From: Bacilli bacterium
GTDB taxonomy: Bacteria; Bacillota_I; Bacilli_A; RF39; UBA660
Reading direction: 5' to 3'
DNA length: 64,000 nt
Assembly (NCBI GenBank): GCA_016290195.1
Contig: JAEETF010000016.1
Coordinates: 12,879-76,878 of the forward strand
This document shows positions 17,607 through 27,363 of this stretch, one piece after another. The notes under the pieces are model-generated. The model made no database searches and was not told the origin of the DNA. It worked only from the letters and a program-made list of their open reading frames with translations. A program made the position numbers and the translations under genes. The stretch's first letter is position 1. Each line of letters starts with the position of its first letter.

Positions 17607-18764
17607 ATGCTTAAACGATATAAGAAAAGCTATTTAGTTATAAATATAATCCTTATATTATTGCTTATTTTTACTTGCATAAATCTTTGGGCTTTAAAAA
17701 ATACTGGTTATTGGTTTTTAATTGCAACAATTGCAATACCAACAGCCATATTAATAGGAATATATGGCTATGAGGGTAAAAGTCGAAGGTTTAAATATGA
17801 ATTATCATTTTATGTATTCATATATACAATAGGTTTTTTGATAATGACATATTCACTTGGATTAATATTTGGATTTACTGGTAATGTTTATAAGCTTAAT
17901 TTAACCAATTTAGTTAATAACATTATTCCTTATGTGATGTTAATTCTTGTAACTGAAGTATTGCGATACGAGATTATTCGTAAAGGTGATGGTTCGACAT
18001 TAGCATACATATTAATTGTAATTATTTTAACAAATATTGATTTGAGTTTATTTCGTGATACATATGACTTATCTAATGGCGATGGTCAAATAAAATATAT
18101 TTGTGTTATTGCCATTCCTAGTTTATTTAAAAATGTAATATTGATGTATTATACTAAACTTGGTGGAGTATATCCTAGTTTAATATATAGGTTTCTGTTA
18201 GATTTAAAATTAGTAATTGTACCAATATTTCCAAATTTTGGCCTATATTTTGAATGTATTATTAATACTGCTTTACCAGTATTAATGATGTTTCTAATTC
18301 ATTTTAATTTGAAGAAATTTGAAGATGAAAATGAGAATATTAATATAAAAGAATCAAAAAAATATAAACTAGTTGTGATTATTATTATGCTTTCTATTGT
18401 TATTTTTGTTAATATTTTAGTAAGTTGTACACTCAAATATGGAATGATTGCCATTGGATCTAATAGTATGGTTCCAGAATTTGCTAGAGGAGATGCAATT
18501 ATATATGAAAAAGTTAATGCTAGTACTAATTTAGAAATAGGACAAATAATAATATTCAAAAAGGATAATAAAACAGTTGTTCACAGATTAATACAAATAG
18601 TGGACGTGGGTAATAACGAATATATTTATTATACTAAGGGAGATGCAAATGATAATCCCGATGGTTATCCAATTGAAAGAAAAAATATTATAGGAGTTTG
18701 TAAATTTAAAATTAAATATATAGGGTTTCCATCAGTAGTTTTAGGAGAACTTATACATAGATAG
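17607..18764 (+). CDS. fusion of a ~250-aa polytopic membrane domain of unknown family to a C-terminal SipW-type (ER/archaeal-type) signal peptidase I domain
   Basis: C-terminal TM anchor then 'GSNSMVPEF' (catalytic Ser), 'TVVHRLIQI' (His), 'KGDANDNPD'. N-terminal part has ~7 hydrophobic helices. RBS 'aggtga'. Confidence 0.7.
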   Translation: MLKRYKKSYLVINIILILLLIFTCINLWALKNTGYWFLIATIAIPTAILIGIYGYEGKSRRFKYELSFYVFIYTIGFLIMTYSLGLIFGFTGNVYKLNLTNLVNNIIPYVMLILVTEVLRYEIIRKGDGSTLAYILIVIILTNIDLSLFRDTYDLSNGDGQIKYICVIAIPSLFKNVILMYYTKLGGVYPSLIYRFLLDLKLVIVPIFPNFGLYFECIINTALPVLMMFLIHFNLKKFEDENENINIKESKKYKLVVIIIMLSIVIFVNILVSCTLKYGMIAIGSNSMVPEFARGDAIIYEKVNASTNLEIGQIIIFKKDNKTVVHRLIQIVDVGNNEYIYYTKGDANDNPDGYPIERKNIIGVCKFKIKYIGFPSVVLGELIHR

Positions 18765-18773
18765 GAGGTTGTT

Positions 18774-19799
18774 ATGAAAAAAATAAAAGATAATATAAAA
18801 ATAATTATTTGTTGTTTTTTAATACTTGCATTGAGTATATCTTTTATTTTGGAGTTTAGCTACGGAAAAAATAACTTATCCCGTAAAGGTATTTCTTTTA
18901 GTAAAGAAGCTGAGCTAAATTATGTAACATATCTAAAAAACAATAATCATTACAGTAGTGATTTTCTTGAAAATGATTATAATTATGTCGCTAATTTAGT
19001 TGATTATTTTAATTTGGATTTCAATTATTCATATGTTTTAAGTGAAAATATTGATTATAAATTGGATTATGAAATTGTAGGTTATTTAGAAATATATGAT
19101 AGCGATAATATGGCCAAGCCTATTGAAAAGAAAGAATATAATATTTTAGAAAAAGTGACGGAAGATAAAAAAGGTCAAGTTATTAATGTAGCACTACATA
19201 ATCAAAAAATAAATTATGAAACATATAGTAGTGTTGTTCAAATGTGGAAGAAAGAATTAAATCCAAATGCTAATTTAAAAGTTGTATTCAAAGTAAATTG
19301 GCAAGGATATTCAAAAGAACTAGAAAAAGAAATTTCAGATAGTTATACTAGTACTTTTGAAATTCCTTTATCAGAAAAAATAATTTCTATTTCAAAACCA
19401 TCAAATCATAATGAAACAGGATATATATATAGTAAACAATCTTTAGGAATTGTATATGTTGGATTAATGATTTTGACTGGAATATGTTTAATTTTAGTTA
19501 TTACTTATTTAATTATAACGATGATTAAAATAAATAAATCTAAATCTAAATATGAACAAAAAATTAAAAAAATCTTGCGAGAATTTGACCGTGCTATTAC
19601 TGAAGCTAAAGGTAAATTTAAAATTGAAAGAGGTGAGAAAGCAATTGAAGTTAGTGAATTTATGGAGTTGATGGATGTTCACGATAACTTACATGAACCT
19701 ATAATTTACTATAAAACTAGTGTGAATAAATGTACTTTTGTTGTTAGAAATGGCAAAGATATTTATTATACTATTATTAAAAGGGATGAGTATGAATAG
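18774..19799 (+). CDS. hypothetical bitopic membrane protein (N-terminal TM, ~190-aa extracytoplasmic domain, second TM, ~95-aa cytoplasmic tail)
   Basis: RBS 'aggagg'; 9 nt after the peptidase gene, so probably co-transcribed. Confidence 0.5.
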   Translation: MKKIKDNIKIIICCFLILALSISFILEFSYGKNNLSRKGISFSKEAELNYVTYLKNNNHYSSDFLENDYNYVANLVDYFNLDFNYSYVLSENIDYKLDYEIVGYLEIYDSDNMAKPIEKKEYNILEKVTEDKKGQVINVALHNQKINYETYSSVVQMWKKELNPNANLKVVFKVNWQGYSKELEKEISDSYTSTFEIPLSEKIISISKPSNHNETGYIYSKQSLGIVYVGLMILTGICLILVITYLIITMIKINKSKSKYEQKIKKILREFDRAITEAKGKFKIERGEKAIEVSEFMELMDVHDNLHEPIIYYKTSVNKCTFVVRNGKDIYYTIIKRDEYE

Positions 19800-19884
19800 T
19801 TTACACTATTTTACTATATGAATAAAAAAAATCTTGCTAATATAAATATTTTATGTATAATTAAAATAGAGAGGAGTTTAATAA

Positions 19885-20466
19885 ATGAAAAATAATACTA
19901 AATTTTTATATGGAATTGTTGCCGTTGCATTTTTATTATCTGTAATAGGTATTTCTGTCGGATTTGCATCTATGTCATCTAGTTTAGATGTTAAAGGACA
20001 AGCTGAGGTTGTACCTGCAAGCTGGAAAATTAAATTTAAAGATTTAAGTTCTGCAACTATTAATGGTAGTGCTACAGTTGTAACAGCACCACAAATTGAA
20101 TCTGATACTCATATTGGTGATTATGATGTAACATTATCAATGCCAGGAGATTCAGTTGTTTATACTTTTAAAGTTGCTAATAATGGAACTATCGATGCAG
20201 AATTAAGTGATTATACATTTGCTACACCAACAATTACTGGTACTGGTGATACAGCTGCTGCAGATGCTGCTATTGTTTCAAGTAATTTAGTTTATACTTT
20301 AACTTATGCTGATGGTACAGCTATTCAAAAAAATGATGAGTTATTAAAAAATACTGAAAAAACTTTAAAATTAACAGTAGCATATGATGCTAATGCAACA
20401 GAATTACCTACAAGTCAAGTAGATATCTCTGATATGGATATTACATTTACTTATTCTCAAAAATAA
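19885..20466 (+). CDS. secreted TasA/CalY/camelysin-family (Peptidase_M73-like) protein with a SipW-cognate-type signal peptide
   Basis: Signal 'FLYGIVAVAFLLSVIGISVGFASMSS'. 'LSMPGDSVVYTFKVANNGTIDAEL' resembles the TasA/CalY 'LKPGDS..KEF.L.N.GSL.IK' block. Beta-rich and Thr/Ala-rich. Confidence 0.6.
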   Translation: MKNNTKFLYGIVAVAFLLSVIGISVGFASMSSSLDVKGQAEVVPASWKIKFKDLSSATINGSATVVTAPQIESDTHIGDYDVTLSMPGDSVVYTFKVANNGTIDAELSDYTFATPTITGTGDTAAADAAIVSSNLVYTLTYADGTAIQKNDELLKNTEKTLKLTVAYDANATELPTSQVDISDMDITFTYSQK

Positions 20467-20486
20467 AAAAGTGTATTCTTAGTGAG

Positions 20487-20515
20487 ATAAGGCTAGTTTT
20501 ACTAGTCTTTTTATT
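20487..20515 (+). terminator. intrinsic terminator
   Basis: 'ggctagttttactagtc' plus 'ttttta'. Confidence 0.4.
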
Positions 20516-20574
20516 TTATTGAAATTTTAAATAAAAAATGTATAATATATATAAGTTATGAAGGGAGAGATTAT

Positions 20575-20970
20575 ATGAAAAGAAAGGGTTTAAAAGTACT
20601 TAATGGAGTTAAGTGGCTATATGTTATTGGTGCTATATTAGCTGTTATTTTTGCGGTTGTAGTTGGCTGTTTAGATAAAATACCAGATGAACTTTTATCA
20701 ATAGTTCCAAAAGATACAAAAATGGATGCCAAGACATTTTTAGTAGCATATTTTGCATGTAATGCAGCTATTGAAGTTTGGTTCTTTTGGTTATTAAATA
20801 GATTTATTAATGGTAAAAGTAATGGTACATTTTATATATTCTTATTAATACTTAGTTTAATTGGAAGTATAGTAACTCTATTTTCATCTACATCTATTTC
20901 TACTATAAATATTATATTAGATGTAATAGTATTATATTTTGCAATATTAGCTCGAAAAGATACAAAATAA
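20575..20970 (+). CDS. hypothetical small membrane protein
   Basis: RBS 'gaagggagag'; three or four TM helices. Confidence 0.4.
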   Translation: MKRKGLKVLNGVKWLYVIGAILAVIFAVVVGCLDKIPDELLSIVPKDTKMDAKTFLVAYFACNAAIEVWFFWLLNRFINGKSNGTFYIFLLILSLIGSIVTLFSSTSISTINIILDVIVLYFAILARKDTK

Positions 20971-20991
20971 AATAGGAAAATTCCTATTTTT

Positions 20992-21771
20992 TTATTTTAA
21001 AGCAACATCCATAATCATCATTATTGCAAAACCAATTAACGTGAATAAGGCCATTAGGTCTTTTTTCTTATTGGTTTGACTTTCTGGTATTAGTTCTTCT
21101 ACTACAACATATATCATTGCTCCTGCTGCAAAAGATAATAATATTGGTAAAAGAGTTCTAACTCTAAGTACTAGAAGGGCACCAATTATTCCTGATATAG
21201 GTTCAACAATACCACTTAATTGTCCATAGAAAAAAGCTTTTTTTCTAGAAAAACCTTCACGTCTTAAAGGAACACTAACTGCAGTTCCTTCAGGAAAGTT
21301 TTGAAGACCTATACCTATAGCTAACATTATAGCAGATGTAAGAGTTGCACCATCTAAATTGTATGCAAGTGATCCAAATGCTACACCAACAGCAAGTCCC
21401 TCTGGAATATTATGAAGTGTTATAGAAAATATTAGCATCATACATCTTTTAATTTTATCATTATTTTTTTTATATTTAGTATCATATATTTTATCACCAA
21501 TAAATAGTAATATTCCTCCACTAATAAATCCTATTGATACAATTAACCAAGAAAGATTACCGGCCATAGAAATTGCTGGTTCTAATAATGACCAAAAAGA
21601 TGCTGCAATCATAATACCAGCTGCAAATCCAAGCATAGCATCCATTATATTTTTATTAATATTTTTAAAAAGAAAAACAATACAAGCTCCTAACATAGTA
21701 ATAAACCAAGTGAAAACTGTGGCAATAAGTGCTTGAATACATGGGTTTAAATTAGAAAAAAAATCTATCAT
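20992..21771 (-). CDS. zupT: ZIP-family zinc transporter
   Basis: 'HNIPEGLAVG' and 'QNFPEGTAVS' ZIP signature pairs. Confidence 0.85.
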   Translation of the reverse strand: MIDFFSNLNPCIQALIATVFTWFITMLGACIVFLFKNINKNIMDAMLGFAAGIMIAASFWSLLEPAISMAGNLSWLIVSIGFISGGILLFIGDKIYDTKYKKNNDKIKRCMMLIFSITLHNIPEGLAVGVAFGSLAYNLDGATLTSAIMLAIGIGLQNFPEGTAVSVPLRREGFSRKKAFFYGQLSGIVEPISGIIGALLVLRVRTLLPILLSFAAGAMIYVVVEELIPESQTNKKKDLMALFTLIGFAIMMIMDVALK

Positions 21772-21873
21772 TATTATTCCTCCATATAAATTTTATGATT
21801 TAAAATAAATTTGGTGTTTAGATATCTTTTTTTTTAAATATATGGTATACTTTGAGAGTAGGAGGTAAGGTAT

Positions 21874-24093
21874 ATGATTTGGGATAAATTTAAGGGTGAA
21901 ATTTGGAAAAACAAAATTGATGTTGAAAATTTTATAAAAGAAAATTATACCGAATATACTGGTGATGATACATTTTTAGCTACTATATCTCCAAAAACAA
22001 AAAAAGTATGGGATAAGTGTCAAAAATTATTAAAAGAAGAATTAAAAAATGGGGTTCTTGATGTTGATACAGTTCATATGTCTGGTATTGATTCTTTTGA
22101 TGCGGGATATATTGATAAAGATAATGAGGTAATTGTTGGACTTCAAACAGATGCTCCACTAAAAAGAATAGTGAATCCATATGGTGGAATTCGTATGGTT
22201 TATCAAGAACTTGAAGCTTATGGATATAAACTTGATGAGAAGGTAGATAAATATTTTAATGAATATCGTAAATCTCATAATCAGGGTGTTTTTGATGCCT
22301 ACACACCAGAAATTAGAAAAGCAAGATCAAGTCATTTACTTACTGGTCTTCCAGATGCTTATGGTCGTGGACGTATAATTGGTGATTATCGCAGAATTGC
22401 TTTATATGGAATCGATTTATTAAAAAACATGAAGCAAAAGGATTTGGAAAACATAAATGGTGTTATTGATGAAAATACTATTCGTCTTCGTGAAGAAGTT
22501 TCAGAACAAATTAGAGCTTTAGATAAAATCAAAAATATGGCTTTAAAATATGGATTTGATATTTCAAAACCAGCTGAGAATGCTAAAGAAGCAGTACAAT
22601 GGTTATATTTTGGATATCTTGCTGCAATTAAAGAAAATAATGGTGCAGCAATGAGTTTAGGACGTACTTCAACATTTTTAGATATTTATATTGAAAATGA
22701 TATTAAAGAAGGTATTCTTAATGAAGAAGAAGCTCAAGAATTAATAGATCAATTTGTTATTAAATTACGTTTAGCTAGACATCTTCGCACTCCAGAATAT
22801 AATGAGTTATTTGCTGGAGATCCAACTTGGGTTACAGAATCTATTGGTGGAATGAATGGTAATAGATCATTTGTTACTAAAAATTCATTTAGATATTTAA
22901 ATACATTAATTAATTTAGGATCTGCCCCAGAACCTAATATGACTATTTTATGGTCTGTTAATTTACCAATAAATTTTAAAAAGTATGCAACTAAAATTTC
23001 TATTTTAACTGACGCCATTCAATATGAAAGTGATGATTTAATGCGACCAATCTATGGTGAAGATTATGCAATCGCATGTTGTGTTTCGGCTATGCAAGTT
23101 GGCAAGCAAATGCAATTTTTTGGGGCTAGATGTAATCTTGCTAAAGCATTACTTTATGCAATTAATGGTGGTGTAGATGAAATAACTCATAAACTAGTTC
23201 TTGATGATATTGTGCCAATTGATGATGAATATCTTGATTATGATAAAGTTATGAAAAGCTTTAATCATACAATTAAAGAAACTGCTAAAATTTATGTTGA
23301 TGCCATGAATATAATTCACTATATGCATGATAAATATGCATATGAAGCAGGACAAATGGCTCTTCATGATACAGATGTTAAAAGATTAATGGCATTTGGT
23401 ATTGCTGGTTTTTCAGTTGCTGTTGATTCATTATCTGCTATCAAATATGCTAAAGTTAAACCAATTCGTGATGAAGAAGGAATAACGACATCTTTTGAAG
23501 TAATAGGTGATTTTCCTAAATATGGTAATGATGATGATAGAGTTGATGATATTGCAGTAATGCTTGCTAAAAAGTTTTATGAAGAACTTTCTAAATATCC
23601 ATTATATAAAGGTGCAAAACATACTTTATCAATTTTAACTATTACATCAAATGTTATGTATGGTAAAAATACTGGTTCAACTCCAGATGGCAGAATTGCT
23701 GGTGAACCATTTGCTCCAGGTGCTAATCCAATGCATGGAAGAGATGCTAGTGGAGCTTTAGCTTCATTAAATTCAGTAGCTAAAATACCATATAAAGATG
23801 TTTGTATGGATGGAATCTCTAATACTTTTTCTATTATTCCAGAAGCATTAGGACATAGTGAAAAAGAAAGAATTGATAATTTAGTATCAATTTTAGATGG
23901 ATATTTTAAACAAGGTGCCCATCATTTAAATGTAAATGTATTAAATCGTGAAACTTTAATTGATGCAATGGATAATCCTGATAAGTATCCTACTTTAACT
24001 ATAAGAGTATCAGGATATGCTGTTAATTTTAATAAGTTAAGTAGAAAACAACAAGAAGAAGTTATAAGTAGGACTTTCCATGAAAGAATATAA
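21874..24093 (+). CDS. pflB: formate C-acetyltransferase (pyruvate formate-lyase)
   Basis: Glycine-radical motif 'RVSGYAV'; catalytic Cys pair in 'AIACCVSAM'. RBS 'aggaggt'. Confidence 0.9.
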   Translation: MIWDKFKGEIWKNKIDVENFIKENYTEYTGDDTFLATISPKTKKVWDKCQKLLKEELKNGVLDVDTVHMSGIDSFDAGYIDKDNEVIVGLQTDAPLKRIVNPYGGIRMVYQELEAYGYKLDEKVDKYFNEYRKSHNQGVFDAYTPEIRKARSSHLLTGLPDAYGRGRIIGDYRRIALYGIDLLKNMKQKDLENINGVIDENTIRLREEVSEQIRALDKIKNMALKYGFDISKPAENAKEAVQWLYFGYLAAIKENNGAAMSLGRTSTFLDIYIENDIKEGILNEEEAQELIDQFVIKLRLARHLRTPEYNELFAGDPTWVTESIGGMNGNRSFVTKNSFRYLNTLINLGSAPEPNMTILWSVNLPINFKKYATKISILTDAIQYESDDLMRPIYGEDYAIACCVSAMQVGKQMQFFGARCNLAKALLYAINGGVDEITHKLVLDDIVPIDDEYLDYDKVMKSFNHTIKETAKIYVDAMNIIHYMHDKYAYEAGQMALHDTDVKRLMAFGIAGFSVAVDSLSAIKYAKVKPIRDEEGITTSFEVIGDFPKYGNDDDRVDDIAVMLAKKFYEELSKYPLYKGAKHTLSILTITSNVMYGKNTGSTPDGRIAGEPFAPGANPMHGRDASGALASLNSVAKIPYKDVCMDGISNTFSIIPEALGHSEKERIDNLVSILDGYFKQGAHHLNVNVLNRETLIDAMDNPDKYPTLTIRVSGYAVNFNKLSRKQQEEVISRTFHERI

Positions 24094-24805
24094 AATAGGA
24101 TATATTGATTCAATTGAAACAATGGGACTTGTTGATGGACCAGGTGTTCGTATTGTTGTTTTTATGCAAGGTTGCCCATTAAGATGTATTTTTTGTCATA
24201 ATCCTGAAACCTGGCATATAAATAATAAAATGCCAATATCAACTAAGGAATTAATTGATAAAATTAAAAAATATAAAAACTATTTTGGAGAAAATGGTGG
24301 TGTTACTTTTTCTGGTGGTGAACCATTAATGCAAAGTAGTTTTTTACTTGAAATTTTAAAAATGTGTAAGAAAGAAAATATTAATACATGTCTTGATACT
24401 GCTGGTTCATGTAGTTTTAATGAGAATATTTTAGATTATGTTGATTTAATAATTTTAGATATTAAAGCATATAATGAAAAAGATTATCAAGATATTACTA
24501 ATTTTAAAATGTCTAATTTTTTATCTTTTTTAGATTTGTGTCAAAAGAAAAATAAAAAATTATGGCTTAGACAAGTTATAATACCTAATATTAATGATAA
24601 CTTAGATTATATTAATGGACTAGCTGATTTTATAAGACCATTAAAGAATGTTGAAAAAGTAGAACTTTTACCATATCATACTTATGGTGTATCAAAATAT
24701 AAAAAATTGAATATTCCATATAAACTTGAACATATTAAAGATATGGATATTCAAAGATGTAAAGATTTAGAATTAAAATTAAAGGAGAAAATATGGAACA
24801 ATTAA
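24080..24805 (+). CDS. pflA: pyruvate formate-lyase activating enzyme (radical SAM)
   Basis: '[15 protein letters not shown]' radical-SAM cluster; overlaps the pflB 3' end. Confidence 0.9.
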   Translation: MKEYKIGYIDSIETMGLVDGPGVRIVVFMQGCPLRCIFCHNPETWHINNKMPISTKELIDKIKKYKNYFGENGGVTFSGGEPLMQSSFLLEILKMCKKENINTCLDTAGSCSFNENILDYVDLIILDIKAYNEKDYQDITNFKMSNFLSFLDLCQKKNKKLWLRQVIIPNINDNLDYINGLADFIRPLKNVEKVELLPYHTYGVSKYKKLNIPYKLEHIKDMDIQRCKDLELKLKEKIWNN

Positions 24806-24924
24806 AATGTTGTGATTGTGAAAAAGATAATAAAAAATTATTAGTAATATGTGGCGCAATTATAGGTGCTGCTGCAGTTGCTGCTGGAACAATTTTGTTA
24901 CTAAAATCAAAAAAAGAAGATTAA
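24793..24924 (+). CDS. 43-aa small protein: Cys-rich N-terminus (KCCDCEKD) plus one TM helix
   Basis: Strong RBS 'aaaggagaaa' 2 nt before the ATG. Overlaps the pflA stop. Followed by terminator 'gaagattaattcttc' plus T-run. Confidence 0.4.
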   Translation: MEQLKCCDCEKDNKKLLVICGAIIGAAAVAAGTILLLKSKKED

Positions 24925-25018
24925 TTCTTCTTTTTTAGTGTAAAAAAATGTCTAACTAGAGATAAACTATAGAAAATAATAAAAACATTAGTTATAATTA
25001 ATAATAGAGGTGAACTAT

Positions 25019-25987
25019 ATGGATGAGGCAAAAGAATTATTTGATTTAATAATCACTAATCAAGAATTAGATGAAGCTCAAATTAAAAAAATATATGATT
25101 TAGATTCTGAATTATATGATTATGATAATCATAAAAGAAATGAATTAATGCAAAAAATTATTGATACTCGTGTTATAAAAAGTGACTTAGCTAATATTTG
25201 CCATTGTAGTGAAGATGAAATAGCGTTATCTGAAAATGAAATTAATAATGACAAAAAATATTTATATACAGGTTTGCATATTTATGATTTTCAGACTAAA
25301 GATGTAATAAATGGAACAATGCATGATATGTTAAGATATACTAATTATGGTAAAGAAAATAAATCTGAAAAACACATTAGTGATAAATTGAAAGACAAAT
25401 GTTTAAATGGAAAAGTTGTAAAATATAATCCATTTGCAAAAAATTTCGATTCAGAATATATTAAGAAAACTATTTCAACATCAATTACATGCTTTTGTGC
25501 AGGAGCTGCTTTAGTTGCTAGTTTAGGTGGTATTAATTCTTTGAGTAAAGAAAAACCTGTTGATGAATTTATTAATAAGTATCATAAAATTGTTGCTGAT
25601 GCAACTAGAAGAACAGATGATGGTGAAGGATATTATTATCTAAGTGGTAATATTGCTAAAGATATTTTAAAATCAGATGATGAACCAGAAGCTGTATTAT
25701 ATGCTGTATATGATAAAATTGATTCAGCTGCAACACATGGATTTAGTAAAGATCAAGAACAAGTTGATCGAAATATGAATTTATTAATGTCTGATTTATC
25801 ACTATATTCTGATAATTTCAATTTTAGTTCTTTTGAAGATTATTTAAAATCTAGAGGATTTACTAATGAAAAAGGAGAAGCTGATATTAAATTATATAAT
25901 GATATTATGCGTAGTTATATTGAAAAAATGTTAATAGAAAAAGAATATAATTTTTCTGATAGTAATGGAGGAATGTCTAGATTATGA
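25019..25987 (+). CDS. hypothetical protein
   Basis: RBS 'gaggtga'; extended -10 'gttataat' upstream; no recognisable motifs. Confidence 0.45.
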   Translation: MDEAKELFDLIITNQELDEAQIKKIYDLDSELYDYDNHKRNELMQKIIDTRVIKSDLANICHCSEDEIALSENEINNDKKYLYTGLHIYDFQTKDVINGTMHDMLRYTNYGKENKSEKHISDKLKDKCLNGKVVKYNPFAKNFDSEYIKKTISTSITCFCAGAALVASLGGINSLSKEKPVDEFINKYHKIVADATRRTDDGEGYYYLSGNIAKDILKSDDEPEAVLYAVYDKIDSAATHGFSKDQEQVDRNMNLLMSDLSLYSDNFNFSSFEDYLKSRGFTNEKGEADIKLYNDIMRSYIEKMLIEKEYNFSDSNGGMSRL

Positions 25988-26202
25988 AATTAAAATGTGT
26001 TACATTAGAAAATAATATTGATTATATAATAGTATCTGAATTTAAAAATAATGATATAACTTACTTATATTTAGTAAATGAAAATGATGGCAATGATTTC
26101 TGTATTAGAAAAGTAGTAAATGATAATGGTGAAGAAAATCTTATGCCACTTGATAATGAAAAAGAATTTTATTATGCTTTAAGTTTATTTGAAAAAAATT
26201 AG
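25984..26202 (+). CDS. DUF1292-like (YrzB-like) small acidic protein
   Basis: 'ITYLYLVNENDGNDFCIRKVV...EKEFYYALSLF' fits the DUF1292 pattern. ATGA-coupled to the upstream ORF. Confidence 0.45.
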   Translation: MKLKCVTLENNIDYIIVSEFKNNDITYLYLVNENDGNDFCIRKVVNDNGEENLMPLDNEKEFYYALSLFEKN

Positions 26203-26277
26203 AAAAATCTAATTTTTTTTTTGATATAAAATAGTAATTTTATTTTATTTGTATTATAATTATGATAGGTGGTTAGA

Positions 26278-27363
26278 ATGGACATTGTAATTATTATTTT
26301 ACTTGTATGTGTAATTATTTTAAATATATTATGTCTAGTTAAAAATATTAATGAATCTAATATAACTGAAAGATTAGGTAAGATGGAAACAACAGTTATT
26401 AAAGAATTAGGTGATTTTAAAAGTGATTTAAGTAATCATTTAAATAATAGTTTTGTTAATATGAATGATCGTATAGATACTAGATTAAGATTAATAGATG
26501 ATAAAGTAAATGAAAGATTAGATCAAAACTTTGAAAAGACTAATAAAACATTCACTTCAGTTTTAGAACGTTTATCTAAAATAGATGAAGCTCAAAAAAA
26601 GATAGATCATTTATCTAGTGATATAGTATCACTTCAAAGTGTTCTTACTGATAAAAAAACAAGAGGTATTTTTGGAGAAATAAATTTAAAACATATTATG
26701 AGTAATGTGTTTGGTGAGAATAATGATAAAATATACAAACTTCAATATTCTTTTGACAATAATACTATAGCTGATTGTGTTTTATTTGCACCAGAACCAC
26801 TTGGAGTAATAGCTATTGATTCAAAATTTCCACTTGAAAATTATCAATTAATGGTTGATAAAAATAATAGTGATATGGTAAGAATGCAAGCCGAAAAGAA
26901 CTTTAAAATTGATATGAAAAAACATATAGATGCCATTAGTAGTAAATATATCATAAATGGTGTTACATCTGATCAAGCTATTTTATTTTTACCAGCAGAA
27001 GCTATTTTTGCAGAAATAAATGCTTATCATAATGATATTATTGATTATGCTTATAAAAAGAAAGTATGGATTACTTCCCCAACTACACTTATTAGTACTT
27101 TAACAACTATTCAAGTAATTATTAAAAATATGGAAAGAGATAAGTATGCTAGTATAATTCATAAAGAATTAAATTTACTTTCTGAAGAATTTAGACGTTA
27201 TAAAGATAGATGGGATAAACTTTCTAAAAGTATTGATAGTGTAAGTAAAGATGTCAAAGATATTCATAATACAACTGAAAAAATAACTAAAAGATTTAAT
27301 TCTATTAATCAAGTAGAATTAGATGATCATGTTTTAATAGAAGAAGGTGACTGTAATGACTAA
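26278..27363 (+). CDS. rmuC: DNA recombination protein RmuC
   Basis: N-terminal TM plus coiled coil, then 'RGIFGEINLKHIM', 'CVLFAPEPLGVIAIDSKFPLENY' RmuC core. Confidence 0.75.
   Translation: MDIVIIILLVCVIILNILCLVKNINESNITERLGKMETTVIKELGDFKSDLSNHLNNSFVNMNDRIDTRLRLIDDKVNERLDQNFEKTNKTFTSVLERLSKIDEAQKKIDHLSSDIVSLQSVLTDKKTRGIFGEINLKHIMSNVFGENNDKIYKLQYSFDNNTIADCVLFAPEPLGVIAIDSKFPLENYQLMVDKNNSDMVRMQAEKNFKIDMKKHIDAISSKYIINGVTSDQAILFLPAEAIFAEINAYHNDIIDYAYKKKVWITSPTTLISTLTTIQVIIKNMERDKYASIIHKELNLLSEEFRRYKDRWDKLSKSIDSVSKDVKDIHNTTEKITKRFNSINQVELDDHVLIEEGDCND

Noticed and set aside
22749-23018. 89-aa - strand ORF, and the 65-aa ORF at 21983-22180
   Set aside because: Both are antisense within pflB.
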